Below are positions 1 to 12,712 of a stretch of 64,000 nucleotides of DNA, one piece after another. How positions within the stretch are numbered: position 1 is the stretch's first letter; every line of letters starts with the position of its first letter. The notes beneath the pieces were generated by a model. The model worked only from the letters and a program-made list of their open reading frames with translations, made no database searches and had not been told where the DNA came from. A program made the translations under genes and the position numbers. Source of the DNA: Squalus acanthias (Eukaryota); assembly GCA_030390025.1 (NCBI GenBank), contig CM059432.1:28398001-28462000 (forward strand), in the 5' to 3' direction.

Positions 1-24
1 ACATGTGGAAATGCTGAATGTCTA

Positions 25-462
25 TCTGGCGCATTAGGTAACACATTCATCTCAGAATGAGAAGGTTGCAGATTCAAGTCACACTCCAGGACTCGAGCAC
101 ATAATCGAGGCTGATACTCCCGTGTACGACTGAGGGAGTGCTAAATTGCCAGAGATGCTGTCCTTCGGCTGAGTCATTAAACTGCCTGCTCCAGTTAGCC
201 AGCTGATCAATAAGTTTCCATCGCGCTATTTTTTAAAAAAGCCAGAAGGTTTCCCTGGTATTCTTGTAAAACATTCCCTCCCTTCAAGCAAATGTTCATT
301 CACCTCAGTACTATTTATGGGATCCTTTGGAGTACAAAATGGCTGCCACATTTGCCTACATAACAGTCACCACATTTCAAAGTCATCCAGTGTATGTAAA
401 GTGTTTTGAGATGTTTCTGAGAGTTGTGATAGGGTATTAATTAAATACATTTCTTTGCTTCT
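25..462 (+). mobile_element. Deu-domain tRNA SINE (SacSINE1/AmnSINE1-like), diverged
   Basis: Colinear with the intact copy at 48285-48762. Confidence 0.75.
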
Positions 463-479
463 TGTGATTTTTAAAAAAG

Positions 480-1490
480 ATTCATTCTTGGAATATGGGC
501 ATCGCTGGCAAGGCCAGCATTTATTGTCAATTCCTAGTTGCCCTTGAGAAGGTGGTGGTGAGCTTTCTTCTTGAACTGCTGCAGCCATTGTGGTAAAGGT
601 GCTCCCACTGTGCTGTTAGTGAGTTCCAGGATTTTGACCCAGTGACAAAGAACAGTGATATATATCCCAGTTGGGTTGATCAGTGACTTGAAGGGGAAGT
701 TGGAGTTTCCAGTCATCTGCTGCTCTTCTAGGTGGTGGACGGCGTGGATTTGGGAAGAGCGGTCAAAGAAGCCTTGGTGACTCGCTGCAGTGCATCCTGT
801 ATACAGTGCACACTCAAACCACGGTACACCGGTGGTGGAGGATGTGGATGTTTAAGCTGGTGGATGGGAATCAAGTGGACTGCTTTGTCCTGGATGGTTT
901 CAAGCACCTGTAGTATTGTTACAGCCATCTAGGCAAGTGGGGAGTATTCCATCACACTCCTGACTTCTGTCTTGTAGGTGATGGAGAGGCTATGGGGAGT
1001 CAGGAGGTGATCCACTTGGTGTAGAATACCCAGACATTGACCTGCTCTAGTAGCCATGGCATTTATGAGACAGGTCCAGCTGAGTTTCTGGTCAATGGTG
1101 ACCCCCCCCAGGATGTTGATGGTGAGGAACTCTGCGATGGTAATGCCACTGAAACTCAAGGGGAGGTTGTTAAGCTCTCTCTTATTGGAAATAGTTATTG
1201 CCTGGCACTTGTGTGGCACGAATGCTACGTGCCACGTATCAGCCCAAGCCTAGATATTGTCCAGGTCTTGCTGCACACAGGCATGGATTGCTTCATTATC
1301 TGAGGAATTGAGAATGGAGCTGAACATTGTGCAATCATCAGCAAACAGCTTCATAGCTGACTTCATAATGGAGGGAAGGTCATTGTTGAAGCAGCTGAAG
1401 ATATATGGGCCTAGGACGCTGCCCTGAGAAACTGCTGTAGCGATGTCCTGTGGCTGAAATTATTGGCCTCCAAGGACCACAAACATCTTC
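480..1490 (-). mobile_element. 3' part of the tRNA-headed LINE family (RT C-terminus plus tail)
   Basis: Reverse complement matches 53900-54870 (TINILGGVTIDQKL, HHHLLKGN tail). Confidence 0.85.
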
Positions 1491-1494
1491 CTTT

Positions 1495-2860
1495 GCCCAT
1501 CTTTCCCGCAATTCCATGTTTGAATCCCTCCAATCAGGTTTCTGCCCTTGCCACAGTACCAAAACGGCTCTCATCAGTCACAAATGACATCCTCTGTGAC
1601 TGTGACAAAGATGAAGTATTCCTCCTTGTCCTTCGACACGGTTTACCACTCCATCCTTCCCCAACGCCTCTCCACCGTTGTCCAGCTGGGTGGGACTGCA
1701 CTCGCTTAGTTCCATTCTTATCTATCTAATCGTAGCCAGAAAATCACTTTCAACGACTTCTGTTCCCGCTCCCACATTGTTACCTCTGGTGTCCCCCAAG
1801 GATCTATCCTTGGCCTCCTCCTATTTCTCATCTACATGTTGCCCCTTGGTGACATCATCCAAAAACAGTGTCAGTTTCCACATGTACGCTGACGACACCC
1901 AGCTCTACCTCACTACCTCTTCTCTTGACTCCTCCACGGTCTCTAAATTATCAGACTTCTTGTCCGACATCCAGTTCTGCATGAGCAGAAATTTTCTCCA
2001 ATTAAATATTGGGAAGAACTAAGCCCTGCCACAAACTCTGTTCCCTAGCCACAGACTCCATCCCTCTCCCTAACATCTGTCCGAGGCTGAACCACACGGT
2101 TCGCAAACTTGGTGTCATATATGACCCTGAAATGAGCTTCCAACCACATATCTGCAGCATAACTAAGAGCGCCTATTTCCACCTCTGTAACATCGCCTGT
2201 CTCCGCCCTTGCCTCAGCTCATCCACTGTTGAAACCCTCATCCATGCCTTTGTTACCTCTAGACTTAACTATTCCAACGCATTCCTGGCTGGTTTCCCAC
2301 ATTATACCCTATGTAAACTTGAGGTCGTCTAAAACTCGGCTGCCCGTGTCCTAACTTGGACCAAGTCCCGTTCACCCATCACCCCTGTACTCGCTGACCA
2401 ACATTGGCTCCCCATTAAGTAACGCCTCGATTCCAAAATTCTCATCCTTGTTTTCAAATCCCTCCATGGCCTCGCCCCTCCCTATCTCTGTAATCTCCTT
2501 CAGCCCCACAACCCCCCACCCCGAGATATCTGCGCTCCTCCAATTCTGCCCTCTTGAGCATCCCTGATTATAATCGCTCAACCATTGGTGGCCGTGCCTT
2601 CTGTTGCCTAGGCCCGAAGCTCTGGAACTGCCTGCCTAAACCTTTCCGCCTCTCTACCTCTCTTTCCTCCTCTCTACCTCTCTTTCCTCCTTTAAGACGC
2701 TCCTTAAAACCTACTTCTTTGACCAAGCTTTTGGTCACCTGCCCTAATTTCTCCTTATGTGGCTCGGTGTCAAATTTTTTGTCTTTTAATACTCCTGTGA
2801 AGCGCCTTGGGACATTTTACTACGTTAAAGGCGCTATATAAATACAAGTTGTTATTGTTT
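1495..2860 (+). mobile_element. L2 LINE 3' fragment
   Basis: FHMYADDTQLYL and ETLIHAFVTSRLNYSNA motifs; tail aaggcgctatataaatacaagttgtt. Confidence 0.9.
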
Positions 2861-3184
2861 GCGCCAGGTATGACACAATGATGTATTGCAATGGGTTGAA
2901 ATGGGTTGATAAGAAGATATTTCACCTTAGTATGTGGCAGAATGTACCTCAAGATACTCGTCGCTGCCTTCTTACGAGCAGTAACCCCAACTTTCTCTCT
3001 GCTAACCTTCCTGCCCAGCAGTGCATGAAATATCTCCGTGCATACGTGTTTGTGGCTGGAGTGTCTCAGTGCATGGAGTGTCTGTTTTACAAATTGCAAA
3101 TCTAGCAAAGCTTAGTTTAAGCATGAGACAGACAGTTGCTAGAGTGCTGATAACAGCCATGGCTACTGAACAGCACAATAGATG

Positions 3185-5269
3185 TATTCTGTTGCTTAAA
3201 CGTTTATTGTCTATTTAAAAAAAAAACACACTTTAGTGAATTGTTTTATACACAGAAATGAAATGAAATGGGGAGGAACTTCAGCTTCCAGAACTTTATA
3301 CACATAAGCCAAATATACACTTTTTTGAGATATACACTTACAGTCAACACACATTCTGATAGCACACAATTCTTTTGTTGTTCTAGTTCATGTGTTTCTG
3401 AACAACAGCAGCTGAGTATTCTGGCCGAGTAAAAAATAGTGAGGCCCCCCGCAATACTGTACACCTTATAAACTGATTTTATTTGCACTGCCATCAAATT
3501 TCATGTCTTTCTTTTAATATAACTACAATTTGTGGTTGTTGCACAGAGTATGATTGCAGGTGTTGGTGCCACTGAGCCGTTTCCGGTACAGCCACTCGCA
3601 GGAAAGCCCTTACGGGTTGCTGCACGCAAACTCCCGATTCAATGCACTTTCTGGACTCCACTTATTTTGCATGCCCTTAATTTTAAGCACCAATTTGAGA
3701 AACAAGTAAATTATGGGTATACAAAACACGTGTTTTTTGGGGGGGGGGGGGGGGGGGGGGGAGAAAGGATGGAAGGAGGTCTACAGCACAGATGGATGAA
3801 TTTTGTTTGCGTATTCTCCTACCTGCCTGCGACTGGTGCTCGGGTCCAAAATGCAGCGTGAAAATTTGCTCCATGGAGGTTGATGATACTTCCCAAAGTA
3901 ACTGGGGTGCAAGTGGTCTATTTACAAGCCAACCTCTCAGTTTAGGTGCTGCACAGTATATTGTTATATAGAATGAGATTATACCGTACAAAGCTACAGA
4001 CTCATCATAACGGAGGAGCTCAAATCCTTGGGGATTGTGTACAGTTTTGTGAACTGATCTCAGATCTGGGTGGGTATAAAATAGTGAGGTCCCCTGCAAT
4101 GCTGTCACCTCATAAACTGATTTTATTTGCACCACCGTTAAGTTAAGTCCTTCGCTAATTACAATAAGTTTGTGGTCGTTACACTGGTGATTCCATGTCT
4201 TAGACCGTGGTACTGAAACCAATGGATCCCACAGTCAGATTTTTCACCAGGAAGTTGGCCCTCAATGAAGCCCCGTTTCCTCCGCCTCCCCTTCTTACTC
4301 TCAAAAAGCCAGAAAATTTCAATATATTTCATTATCTTCCTCAGTCACAATCTGTGCAAATAGACAGGGTTTTTTTTTTCTCTCCAAATGAGAAAGTAGT
4401 ACTGTGTTGAGAATTCACAGAGGATTTATGGTTTGACCGCTGGGAACTACAGGAGATGGGAAGTCGCCTGTCCACGTTGCGGGAATGAGTATTCCTTTCT
4501 AAACTGCGCCTGGGGCAAGTAAGTTGAGCCTGCACTTTGCCGACCTACCACAAAGAACATAATGAATATCACTGCAGTGATTGAAAACAGGCTCAATTTG
4601 GCCCCATAATCTGCTCATTTCTGCATTATTTCATTGCCTATCAGACAATTCAGCTGTCAACTGGGAAAGTGATCGTTTTCCAGTACCTGACTTCAGGAGC
4701 AGTACTCTTCTGATGTGTTTCTAGCCTCTGTGGTAACAAATGCTAGAGTCACTTACTCCTAATAACAAAAAGCTGATGACCCCATCTGTGTTATCCTACT
4801 TCCATTGCTCATTTAGCAGCCAAGAGTCCTTCCACACTGTTACTAAGGAATTCACGACCAGCTAGGAAGGAGTGTGTGCACACTTGATCAGTGATTGTGA
4901 TGCTCTCTGTACTATATATGCATGGGGTCACAACATAATGGGGTCACTTTATGCTGACAAGTGCTGTGAATGAAAGTGAAGCTCTGTCTTAAGCTTGATG
5001 TTGTAGGATACCTAAAAGGTCCATATTTTCAGTTCAAGCCACTTCTTTTCCTCCAAATTTGCTATTAGAACTTAAATCCTTCTACACACAAGTTGTAGAA
5101 ACATTAGCTCCTCAATGGTTCCATTCTGCTTCCGCTGTGTGGTTTTCAGTCTGCTCCATTCCTTTTCCGCCACCCCCTTCCCACACTCAACAACTTGTCG
5201 CTTGTCGTTGTTAACGTGGCCCCTCCCTCTACCCCCCCTCCCCCTTACACCCCACCAATCATTGTCTTC
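3185..5269 (-). other. PHF20L1: Probable 3'UTR with AATAAA signals at 4122-4127, 3478-3483 and 3203-3208
   Basis: Repeat-free sequence downstream of the stop, with minus-strand AATAAA hexamers. The actual 3' end cannot be determined. Confidence 0.55.
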
Positions 5270-5412
5270 TCAAAGAGAGCAGCAGCTTGCCATTTGCTGC
5301 ACCTTTCCCAAGTCCGTCAGGAGTTGTTTGATGTGGCGTTTCAGCTGCGGAAGTCGTGCGAGTGGCTCCGGTGGTTCAAGTTCCCCGGAAAAATCCAGCC
5401 AGCTTTCCAGAA
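5270..5412 (-). CDS. PHF20L1: PHF20L1 last coding exon ([47 protein letters not shown])
   Basis: Acceptor tctcctag; TGA at 5270-5272. Confidence 0.96.
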
Positions 5413-6234
5413 CTAGGAGATTGCACGGGAGGGAGGACAAAGAAAGAAAAACTTTGTTACAAATTCAACCAGGGTCAAACATACAAAAGAGAACTTAGAA
5501 AATTAAAAACATGATTGGTTTAACTGTAAGTAAAAAGGGAACTTTCCTCTGTTAAATATGTTTAGTCATATTGCTTTGTTGGGAGTTTTACATCAGTACA
5601 ACCCTGAGAGAGGAATGTAGCTATTACAGACTTTACACTTCTAATTATTATTATTTGCTCTTTCATGGTGCTGCACACAGGGAGTTAAAACCAAGTATAG
5701 TCTTCAAATGAAGCACAATTCAGTCCCCGTTTTAAGTCAATATATTCGGTCCTAATTTTATACAGTACTTTTACTTGATATTATTTGTAGATAAACAGCA
5801 AAACCTATGGAAATTTGGGAAGCAGAGAAGTAGAGTTGGTTGGAGTATAGATATTTCTCTGCAGTTCAGGGAGACATAAAACTGAGATGCTACTGTGCCA
5901 CCAGCGGGAGTAGATTACACTTATAGCGTGACAAGTTTACATAGGCAATTGCCATTATAAATGTGGACATAGGGATTTAACATGGAAAAAAGATGATATC
6001 TAAGCGTGACAAAAACAGGAAAATAAGAATTACGGTTTTGCAAACAGTGCGTACAACCATAAGATCTTTAATATATTATAGATGAGAAACCGATTGTGTT
6101 GCTCCCACCACTGCTCCAGCTGAGATCAGCTAACTCAGCACAAACTGAGGTCGAACACAGGCCGTTTTCTGATCTGCTGTGGTGTAGTGTATTTACCCTC
6201 TGAATTATATGGGAGGGAGCAAATGAGAACCAAA

Positions 6235-6640
6235 ATCATAGGAACACGAGTAGGGCATTCAACCCTTCGATCCAGTTCCGTCATGGCTGATCTGTACCTC
6301 AAGTCCATTTTTCTGCCTTTGCTCCATATCCCTCGATACCCTTACCAACAAAAATCTATCGATCTCAGTCTTGAGTTTCAATTGTCCCAGCATCCACAGC
6401 CTTTTGGGGGAGCAAGTTCCAGATTTCCACTACCCTTTGTGTAAAAGGCTTCCTGATTTCATTCCTAAATGGCTTAGCTCTAATTTTAAGATTGTGCCCC
6501 CCTTGTTCTGGATTTCCCCACCAAAGAAAATAGTTTCTCTGTATCTACCCTATCAAATTCCTTTATCATTTTAAGCACCTTAATTAGATCACCCCTCAAC
6601 CATCTAAACTTAAAAGAATACAAACCAAGTTTATGCAACC
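6235..6640 (-). mobile_element. CR1 LINE 3' fragment
   Basis: Matches the 3' end of the CR1 at 44870-45220. Confidence 0.75.
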
Positions 6641-6735
6641 TGTATTATTCTGGTGAAATCTTGGATTAACATTTGACCAGCCCATAACGTAAATGTACAA
6701 GGGGATTTACAGTAGCACCGCAGTGCTGATTTTAC

Positions 6736-6913
6736 CATCCAGCTCTTTCTCAATGAGGTCCATTCTGTTGTTCACTTCGTTCTGCACGGCCTCAATGTGC
6801 GTAAGCAGGTTCAGCTGCCAGAGAAACTGTGGGTTAACATGCTCCTCTTCCGCAATCCCATCGCAGCTGCCATCATTTGAAATAGTAACTATCTCTTTAA
6901 TGTTGGTAGCCCC
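6736..6913 (-). CDS. PHF20L1: PHF20L1 penultimate exon (...[28 protein letters not shown])
   Basis: Acceptor ataacag, donor G|gtaaaa, 178 nt, phase 0-1. Confidence 0.94.
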
Positions 6914-7134
6914 CTGTTATGAACGAAGTGGTAGAAAAACAGTACGGTTAATTATAAATAAAAGACTTTTCTCTGTTTAAAAAAAAAAAAAATCAATGGG
7001 GGAGCCCAACTGCTGCAGACATAATGACAGTTAGTTCACGTCAAAAAGCAGCACATTGTGTAAATCGCTTGAGGCGATACGGTGATGTGACAATCTGCTA
7101 TCTGAATGCATGTTTCACTTCACTTTCCACATGT

Positions 7135-7460
7135 AGATCAGAGTTCCCAGGTTTGATCGCAAATCTGTGCTGAGATAGTTGATCTGGTGGCGCTACAGTT
7201 GGCCTAAACAGCTTGGATTAGAGAGGGAAAAATTGGCCAAGATTCCCACTCCTGGTTGCTATCTAGCAACCACTACTGGAACGAGCGGCTGTGGATGCCA
7301 GGTGAGGGCAGGGTCGTGTTCGGCTGTGATGTTCCCCATTTAGAAAAAGTCAGCCGACACTCAAGTGTCTGGGCTCACGCCTGAAGAATGGGTATCTGGG
7401 CCTGGCACCTGTGGAACCACACTTCATCGAAAGGGAGGATGGAAGTTCGCAGGAAAAAGG
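7135..7460 (+). mobile_element. Old SINE-like repeat (resembles AmnSINE2/MamSINE1 type); related copies near 19970-20160, 27620-27990, 30930-31280 (-), 56215-56490
   Basis: Shared motifs ctgtgctgag.tag.tgatct, tacaattggcc, ttgctatccagt. Family name from recall only. Confidence 0.5.
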
Positions 7461-7496
7461 AAGAAAAAAACAAAATAAAAATCAACAGAATACAGT

Positions 7497-7952
7497 AAAG
7501 AAAGACTTGCATTTCTATAGCACCTTTCACGACCTCAGGATGTCCCAAAGCACTTTACAGACAATGAAGTACTTTTAAAGTGTAGTCACTGTTAGAATGT
7601 AGGACACGCGACAGCCAATTTGTGTACAAGCTCCCCGCAATATGATAATGATCAGATAATCTTTTTTTTTTGGGTGATGTTGGTTGAGGGATAAATATTG
7701 ACCAGGACACCGGGGAGAACCCCCAAGCTCTTCTTCAAAATAGTGCATAGGATCTTTTACATCCACCTGAGTGACCAGACTAGGTTTAACGTCTCATCTG
7801 AAAGATGACATCTCCGACAGTACAACGCTCTCTCAGTACTACACGGGAGTGTCAGCCTGGATTTTGTGCTCGAGTCTCTGGAGTGGGAATTGAACCCACA
7901 AGCATCTGACTCCGAGGCAAGCGTGCTACCCACTGAGTCACAGCTGACACTC
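7497..7952 (-). mobile_element. Deu-domain tRNA SINE, near full length
   Basis: Head gtgtcagctgtgactcagt...ggttcaattcc; L2-like tail tatagaaatgcaagtc. Confidence 0.88.
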
Positions 7953-9121
7953 TACAGTAATTCAGTCTAAAAAATGTGACTTACATGCAGGCATAGTCTG
8001 AGATTTTAAAGGAACGGTCTCACCATTGGCAGCAATTTTTTTTTAAAAAGTCAGAAAGTAGCATTGCAGGGACAAATAAAAAACAAAATGCTGCAAATTT
8101 GAAACGGAAAAAGTTGGAAACACAGCGGGTCAGTCAGCATCTAGTTGGAGATGGTCACTGCCGAGCACTTGTGTTGCGCGAATGTTACTTGCCACTTATG
8201 TTGTCCAGGTCTTGCTGCATGCAGGCATGGACTGCTTCATTATCTGAGGAATTGCGAATGAAGCTGAACACTGTGCAAGCATCAGCAAACATCCCCACTT
8301 CTGAAGCTTACATCTAGTGTACGGTACAGAAACAGGCCATTAAGCCCAATTGGCCTGTGTGGTGTTTATGCTCCACACGACCTTATTATGGAGGGAAGGT
8401 CATCAATGGCCATATAGAAGTAAACTCTTTTTTTGATATAGCGCAGCAGCTAAATTAGGAAAGTCATCAGGGATGCTTCGAGTTTTTTTTTAAAACACAT
8501 TAATTAACACAAAGAAATAAAAAGAACGGACATGAGTAGCTTGGAGGGAAAAAACCCTGCTACATCCATATGTGCGACTTAGAAATGTGTTGTTCTCTTT
8601 CCTTATTCTTCCCCTTCCCCCACCACCAACAGTCCTGAACTAAACACACGTCAGGCGCATTAGTTAATGGTTGAAGTGCAACACTTCAGTGGACTGCAAC
8701 CGCTGACTCTGAGGTCAACGCTCAATAAAGTGCTGTAATCAACAGAGTAAAACTATTGTAACAGTACCTTTATAAACAAACCTAATCTTTGGCAAATAAC
8801 ATGCTAATTAAAGCAGATCAAACTCGAAAATCTATTTTCCTGCATCAAGTCAAAAGCTGAGTTCTTAAAATCATAAGAACTCCATTATCCACCTTTTCAA
8901 TCATATCCTCCAATCCTTCTCTCAGAAAACCAATCCATTTGTCAGCTAAATCCATTTGTAATGTCTACTTCAATGGCCTTCTCCGGTAGCTCAAAATTCA
9001 GTTTGGCTGAGTTGTTAGCACTCTCAATTCTGTCAGAATAGTGTGGGTTCAAGTCCCACTCTAGGTTGACACTTCAGTACAGTACTATGGAAGTGCTGCA
9101 TTGTTAGAGCTGTTATCTATT

Positions 9122-9467
9122 AACATAGGAACAGGAGCAGACCATTGAGCCCCTCAAGCAAGTTCCGCCATTCAATGAGATCATGGTTGATCTGTGATCT
9201 AACTTTGCCCCATATCGCTTAATACCTTTGGCTAATAAAAATTAATCAATCTCAGATTTAAAATTAACAATTGATCTAGCATCAACTGCCATTTGCGAAA
9301 GAGAGTTCCAAACTTGTACTACCCTTTGTTTGTAGAAGTGTTTCTGACCTTCACTCCTCATAGGCCTGGCTCTAATTTTTAGGTTATGCTCCCTAGTCCA
9401 AGACTCCCAAACCAGTGGAAATAGTTTCTCTCTATCTACCCTATCAGTTCCCCTTAATTTCTTGAAA
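9122..9467 (-). mobile_element. CR1 LINE 3' fragment
   Basis: DRVDREKLFPL...QRVVQVWNSL. Confidence 0.85.
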
Positions 9468-11011
9468 ACGCTGCAGGAGTTCCTCAGGGCAGTGTCCAAG
9501 GCCCAATCATCAATGACCTTCCCCCCATCATAAGGTCAGAAGTAGGGATGTTCGCTGATGATTGCACAGTGTTCAGTTCCATTCTCAACTCCTCAGATAA
9601 TGAAGCAGTCCGTGCCCGCATGCAGCAAGACCTGGACAACATTCAGGCTTGGGCTGATAAGTGCAAATAACATTCGCGCCTCACAAGTGCCATCTCCAAC
9701 AAGAGAAAGTCTAACCACTTCCCCATGACATTCAATGGCATTACCAATCATTGAATCCCCCACCATCAACATCCTGGGGGTCACCATTGACCAGAAACTT
9801 AACGGGACCAGCCACATAAATACTGTGGCTACAAGATCAGGTCAGAGGCTGGGTATTCTGTGGCGAGTGACTCACCTCCTGACTCCCCAAAGCCTTTCCA
9901 CCATCTACAAGTTACAAGTCAGGAGCTTGGATGAGTGCAGCTCCAACAACACTCAAGAAGCTCGACACCATCCAGGACAAAGCAGCCCACTTGATTGAAG
10001 CCCCATCCACCACCTTAAACATTTACTCCCTCCATCACCAACGCATCGTGTCTGCAAGGTATATCATCTACAACATGCACTGCAGTGACTCGCCAGGGTT
10101 TCTTCGACAGCACCTCCCAAATCCGCAACCTCTACCACCTAGAAGGACAAGGGCAGCAGGCGCATGGGAACACCACCACCTGCAAGTTCCCCTCCAAGTC
10201 ACACACCATCCTGACTTGTAAACATATCACCATTTCTTCATCATCGCTGGGTCAAAATTCTGGAACTCCCTCCCTTGCTACCCAGAGTGCTTCTTCCAAG
10301 TGGTGCTCAACATGGAGGAGTACTGATTCATCAGCTGAGGGAGGCTGTGGGTGGTAATCAGCGGGAGTTTTCCTTGCCCATGCTTGAGACTTCATGGGGT
10401 CCGGAGCCAATGTTGAGAACTCCTAGGGCCAATGCTTCCCGACGGCACAGCCATCTCTGGTGGGTCTGTCCTGCCGGTGGGACAGGACATACCCAGGGAT
10501 TGTGATGGAGGAGTCTGGGACATTGGATGGTATGATTCTGTGAGTATGACTATGTCAGGCTTGACTAGTCTGTGGGACAGCTCTCCCAATTTTGGCACAA
10601 GTCCCCAGATGTTAGTGAGGAGGACTTTTCCGTGTTCGAATCCAGTGCCTAGGTCGATGCCAGGTGGTCCATCCGGTTTTATTCCTTTTGTTTTTGATAC
10701 AACTGAGTGGCTTGTTAGGCCATTTCAGAGGGCAATTAAGAGTCTACATTGCTGTGGGTCTGAAGTCACATATAGACCAGATCGGGTAAGGGCGGCAGAT
10801 TTCCTTCCCTAAAGGACATTAGTGAACCAGATGGGTTTTATGACAATCCAGTAGTTTCATTTCTGATACTAGTTTTTTATTTCAGATTTATTTAATCAAC
10901 GGAGTTTAAATTCCACAGATGCTGTGGTGGGATTTGAACTCACGGCTCTGGATCATCAGTCCAGGCCGCTGGATTACTGGTCCAATAACATAACCACTAT
11001 GCTACCATTCC
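9468..11011. mobile_element. Rearranged tRNA-headed LINE: RT segment on + (9468-10274); tRNA head and APE on - (10275-11011)
   Basis: MFADD region on +. On -, the tRNA head runs into the endonuclease N-terminus NIWGLVPKLGELSHRLVKPDIVILTESY. Confidence 0.85.
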
Positions 11012-11713
11012 GTTTTTAGATTAGCTAACTCAGCACGGGCCAGAGATTGAATCTCAGCACAGAAGTAGGATCCTCAACCTACTGTGCCTGTGCTGGAGCT
11101 AGTTCCGCCTTTTTATATTTTCCTTCTACAAGTATTTATCTAATTCACGTTTAAATCATGTGATTTGTCCTCAATATCCACTTCTGGCCTCCCACTTTAT
11201 GTTTCTAATACTAGTCCTGTATTTATGCTGCTCCCTTATTACCAATTTACTGACCAGTGCAAGTAAGTTTTTACTATTTACCTTCTCAAACTTTTTCATG
11301 ATTGTGAATTGTCCTTGCTGACTTACATTGGCTCCTTGTTCCCCAACTTCTCCAATTTAAAATTCTTATCCTTGTGTTTAAATCCCTCCTTGGCCTCACC
11401 CCTTGCTATCTCTGCAACCTTTTCCAGCCCTACTAGCTCCTTCTCTAGCTCGGCAATCATTTTTGTCTGATTACACCTCTGTGAAGCACCTTGCGACCTT
11501 TTTTTTATTAGGTAAGGGATACTACATAAATGCAAGTTTTTGTATGGAGTAGCAATTGCATTAAAAGTGATGCAGACGCTCCTTCCAGTAGGGGTCCCTT
11601 TCAGTTGACGCAGATAATGTAGAGGAACCAAATTACAAGCATTGTTAAAAAATCTAAAGAGCAGGCAGAACACATAATCATGAGATAACAAAAATAGCAA
11701 TGCAACAACATAC

Positions 11714-12080
11714 CTGTCCAGACAGGCTGTCCACTTTCTGAATAGTGTGCCTTTCAGCTTTTTTGAATATAGGACTCTGATCCTCTTCATATTCGAAACT
11801 ACTGGTAGCCTCATCTTCTGAGCTGTTTTGATCTATTATGGCCCTCTGCTCTAGGCTGCAGCCCTGAGGTTTCTGGTAGCTGTGCTCACTTGTGATGTAG
11901 GCTCCTTCTATTCTCTGGCTGGGCTTCGACCTTTCTTTACGACTCTGATTATTACAGACTTTTTCAGGCTGCTTGAGACCGTCGATACATTCCGTGATCT
12001 TCTTTTCTCCCGCAGTTTGCTCTTGAGTAGATTTGATGCATGACTGAGCCCAGAGATGTAGATCAGGGTGCTTTCTGCTC
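11714..12080 (-). CDS. PHF20L1: PHF20L1 exon (SRKHPDLHLWA...YITSEHSYQKPQ...)
   Basis: Acceptor ctacctcaag, donor CAG|gtatgt, 367 nt, phase 2-0. Confidence 0.93.
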
Positions 12081-12712
12081 CTTGAGGTAGAAAGGACAAG
12101 AAGATGTCAGACCATTCTAATTCTCTAAAACTGTGTGAAGACATTTACCGATATAATAAAATCTTTTGTGCACGTCATGATTGTAGCCTGTTCAACCATA
12201 ACATCAAGATGTAGCATCACATTGCACCCACAGCACAGAACTGCCCAATTTAGTATTAATTTCACTCAAAGCAACAATAGGGCAGTTGGTGTGGGGTGTA
12301 GAAAAATATCATACTTCACTAGGGACTGCTCAGTTGCGTCTGAGGCATGTTGTTGGTGCACAGTACAGTGAATTATACTCTGAATTTAACTGTGCTAGAT
12401 ATAGGAGTGCTTGGTATACAAATAAAAAGACATACGCCATGCAGAACACAACAATGTGATGACTTATATGCCTAAAACCCACAAACTACTCATAAACTAC
12501 ATCTACAGAATAAGAGATATTTTCCTGCCATTCACTGTCCATTTTCTGGGTGGAAGTTCTGCGTAGTTCTATTGTGCAATCACTGTACAAGTTTAACGTT
12601 GGTGCAAAGCATTTTGAGCTTTACACTTACTTTGCACTACCTAAGTTTAGTGTAAGTGTGAAGGCCCAAACTGATACCGAAGCAAAGCGCAGCGAGAATT
12701 ATTCCTCTGAAG

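Noticed and set aside
5115..5498. Plus-strand ORFs overlapping exons (also 6693-6980, 38376-38564)
   Set aside because: Antisense shadows of PHF20L1 exons.
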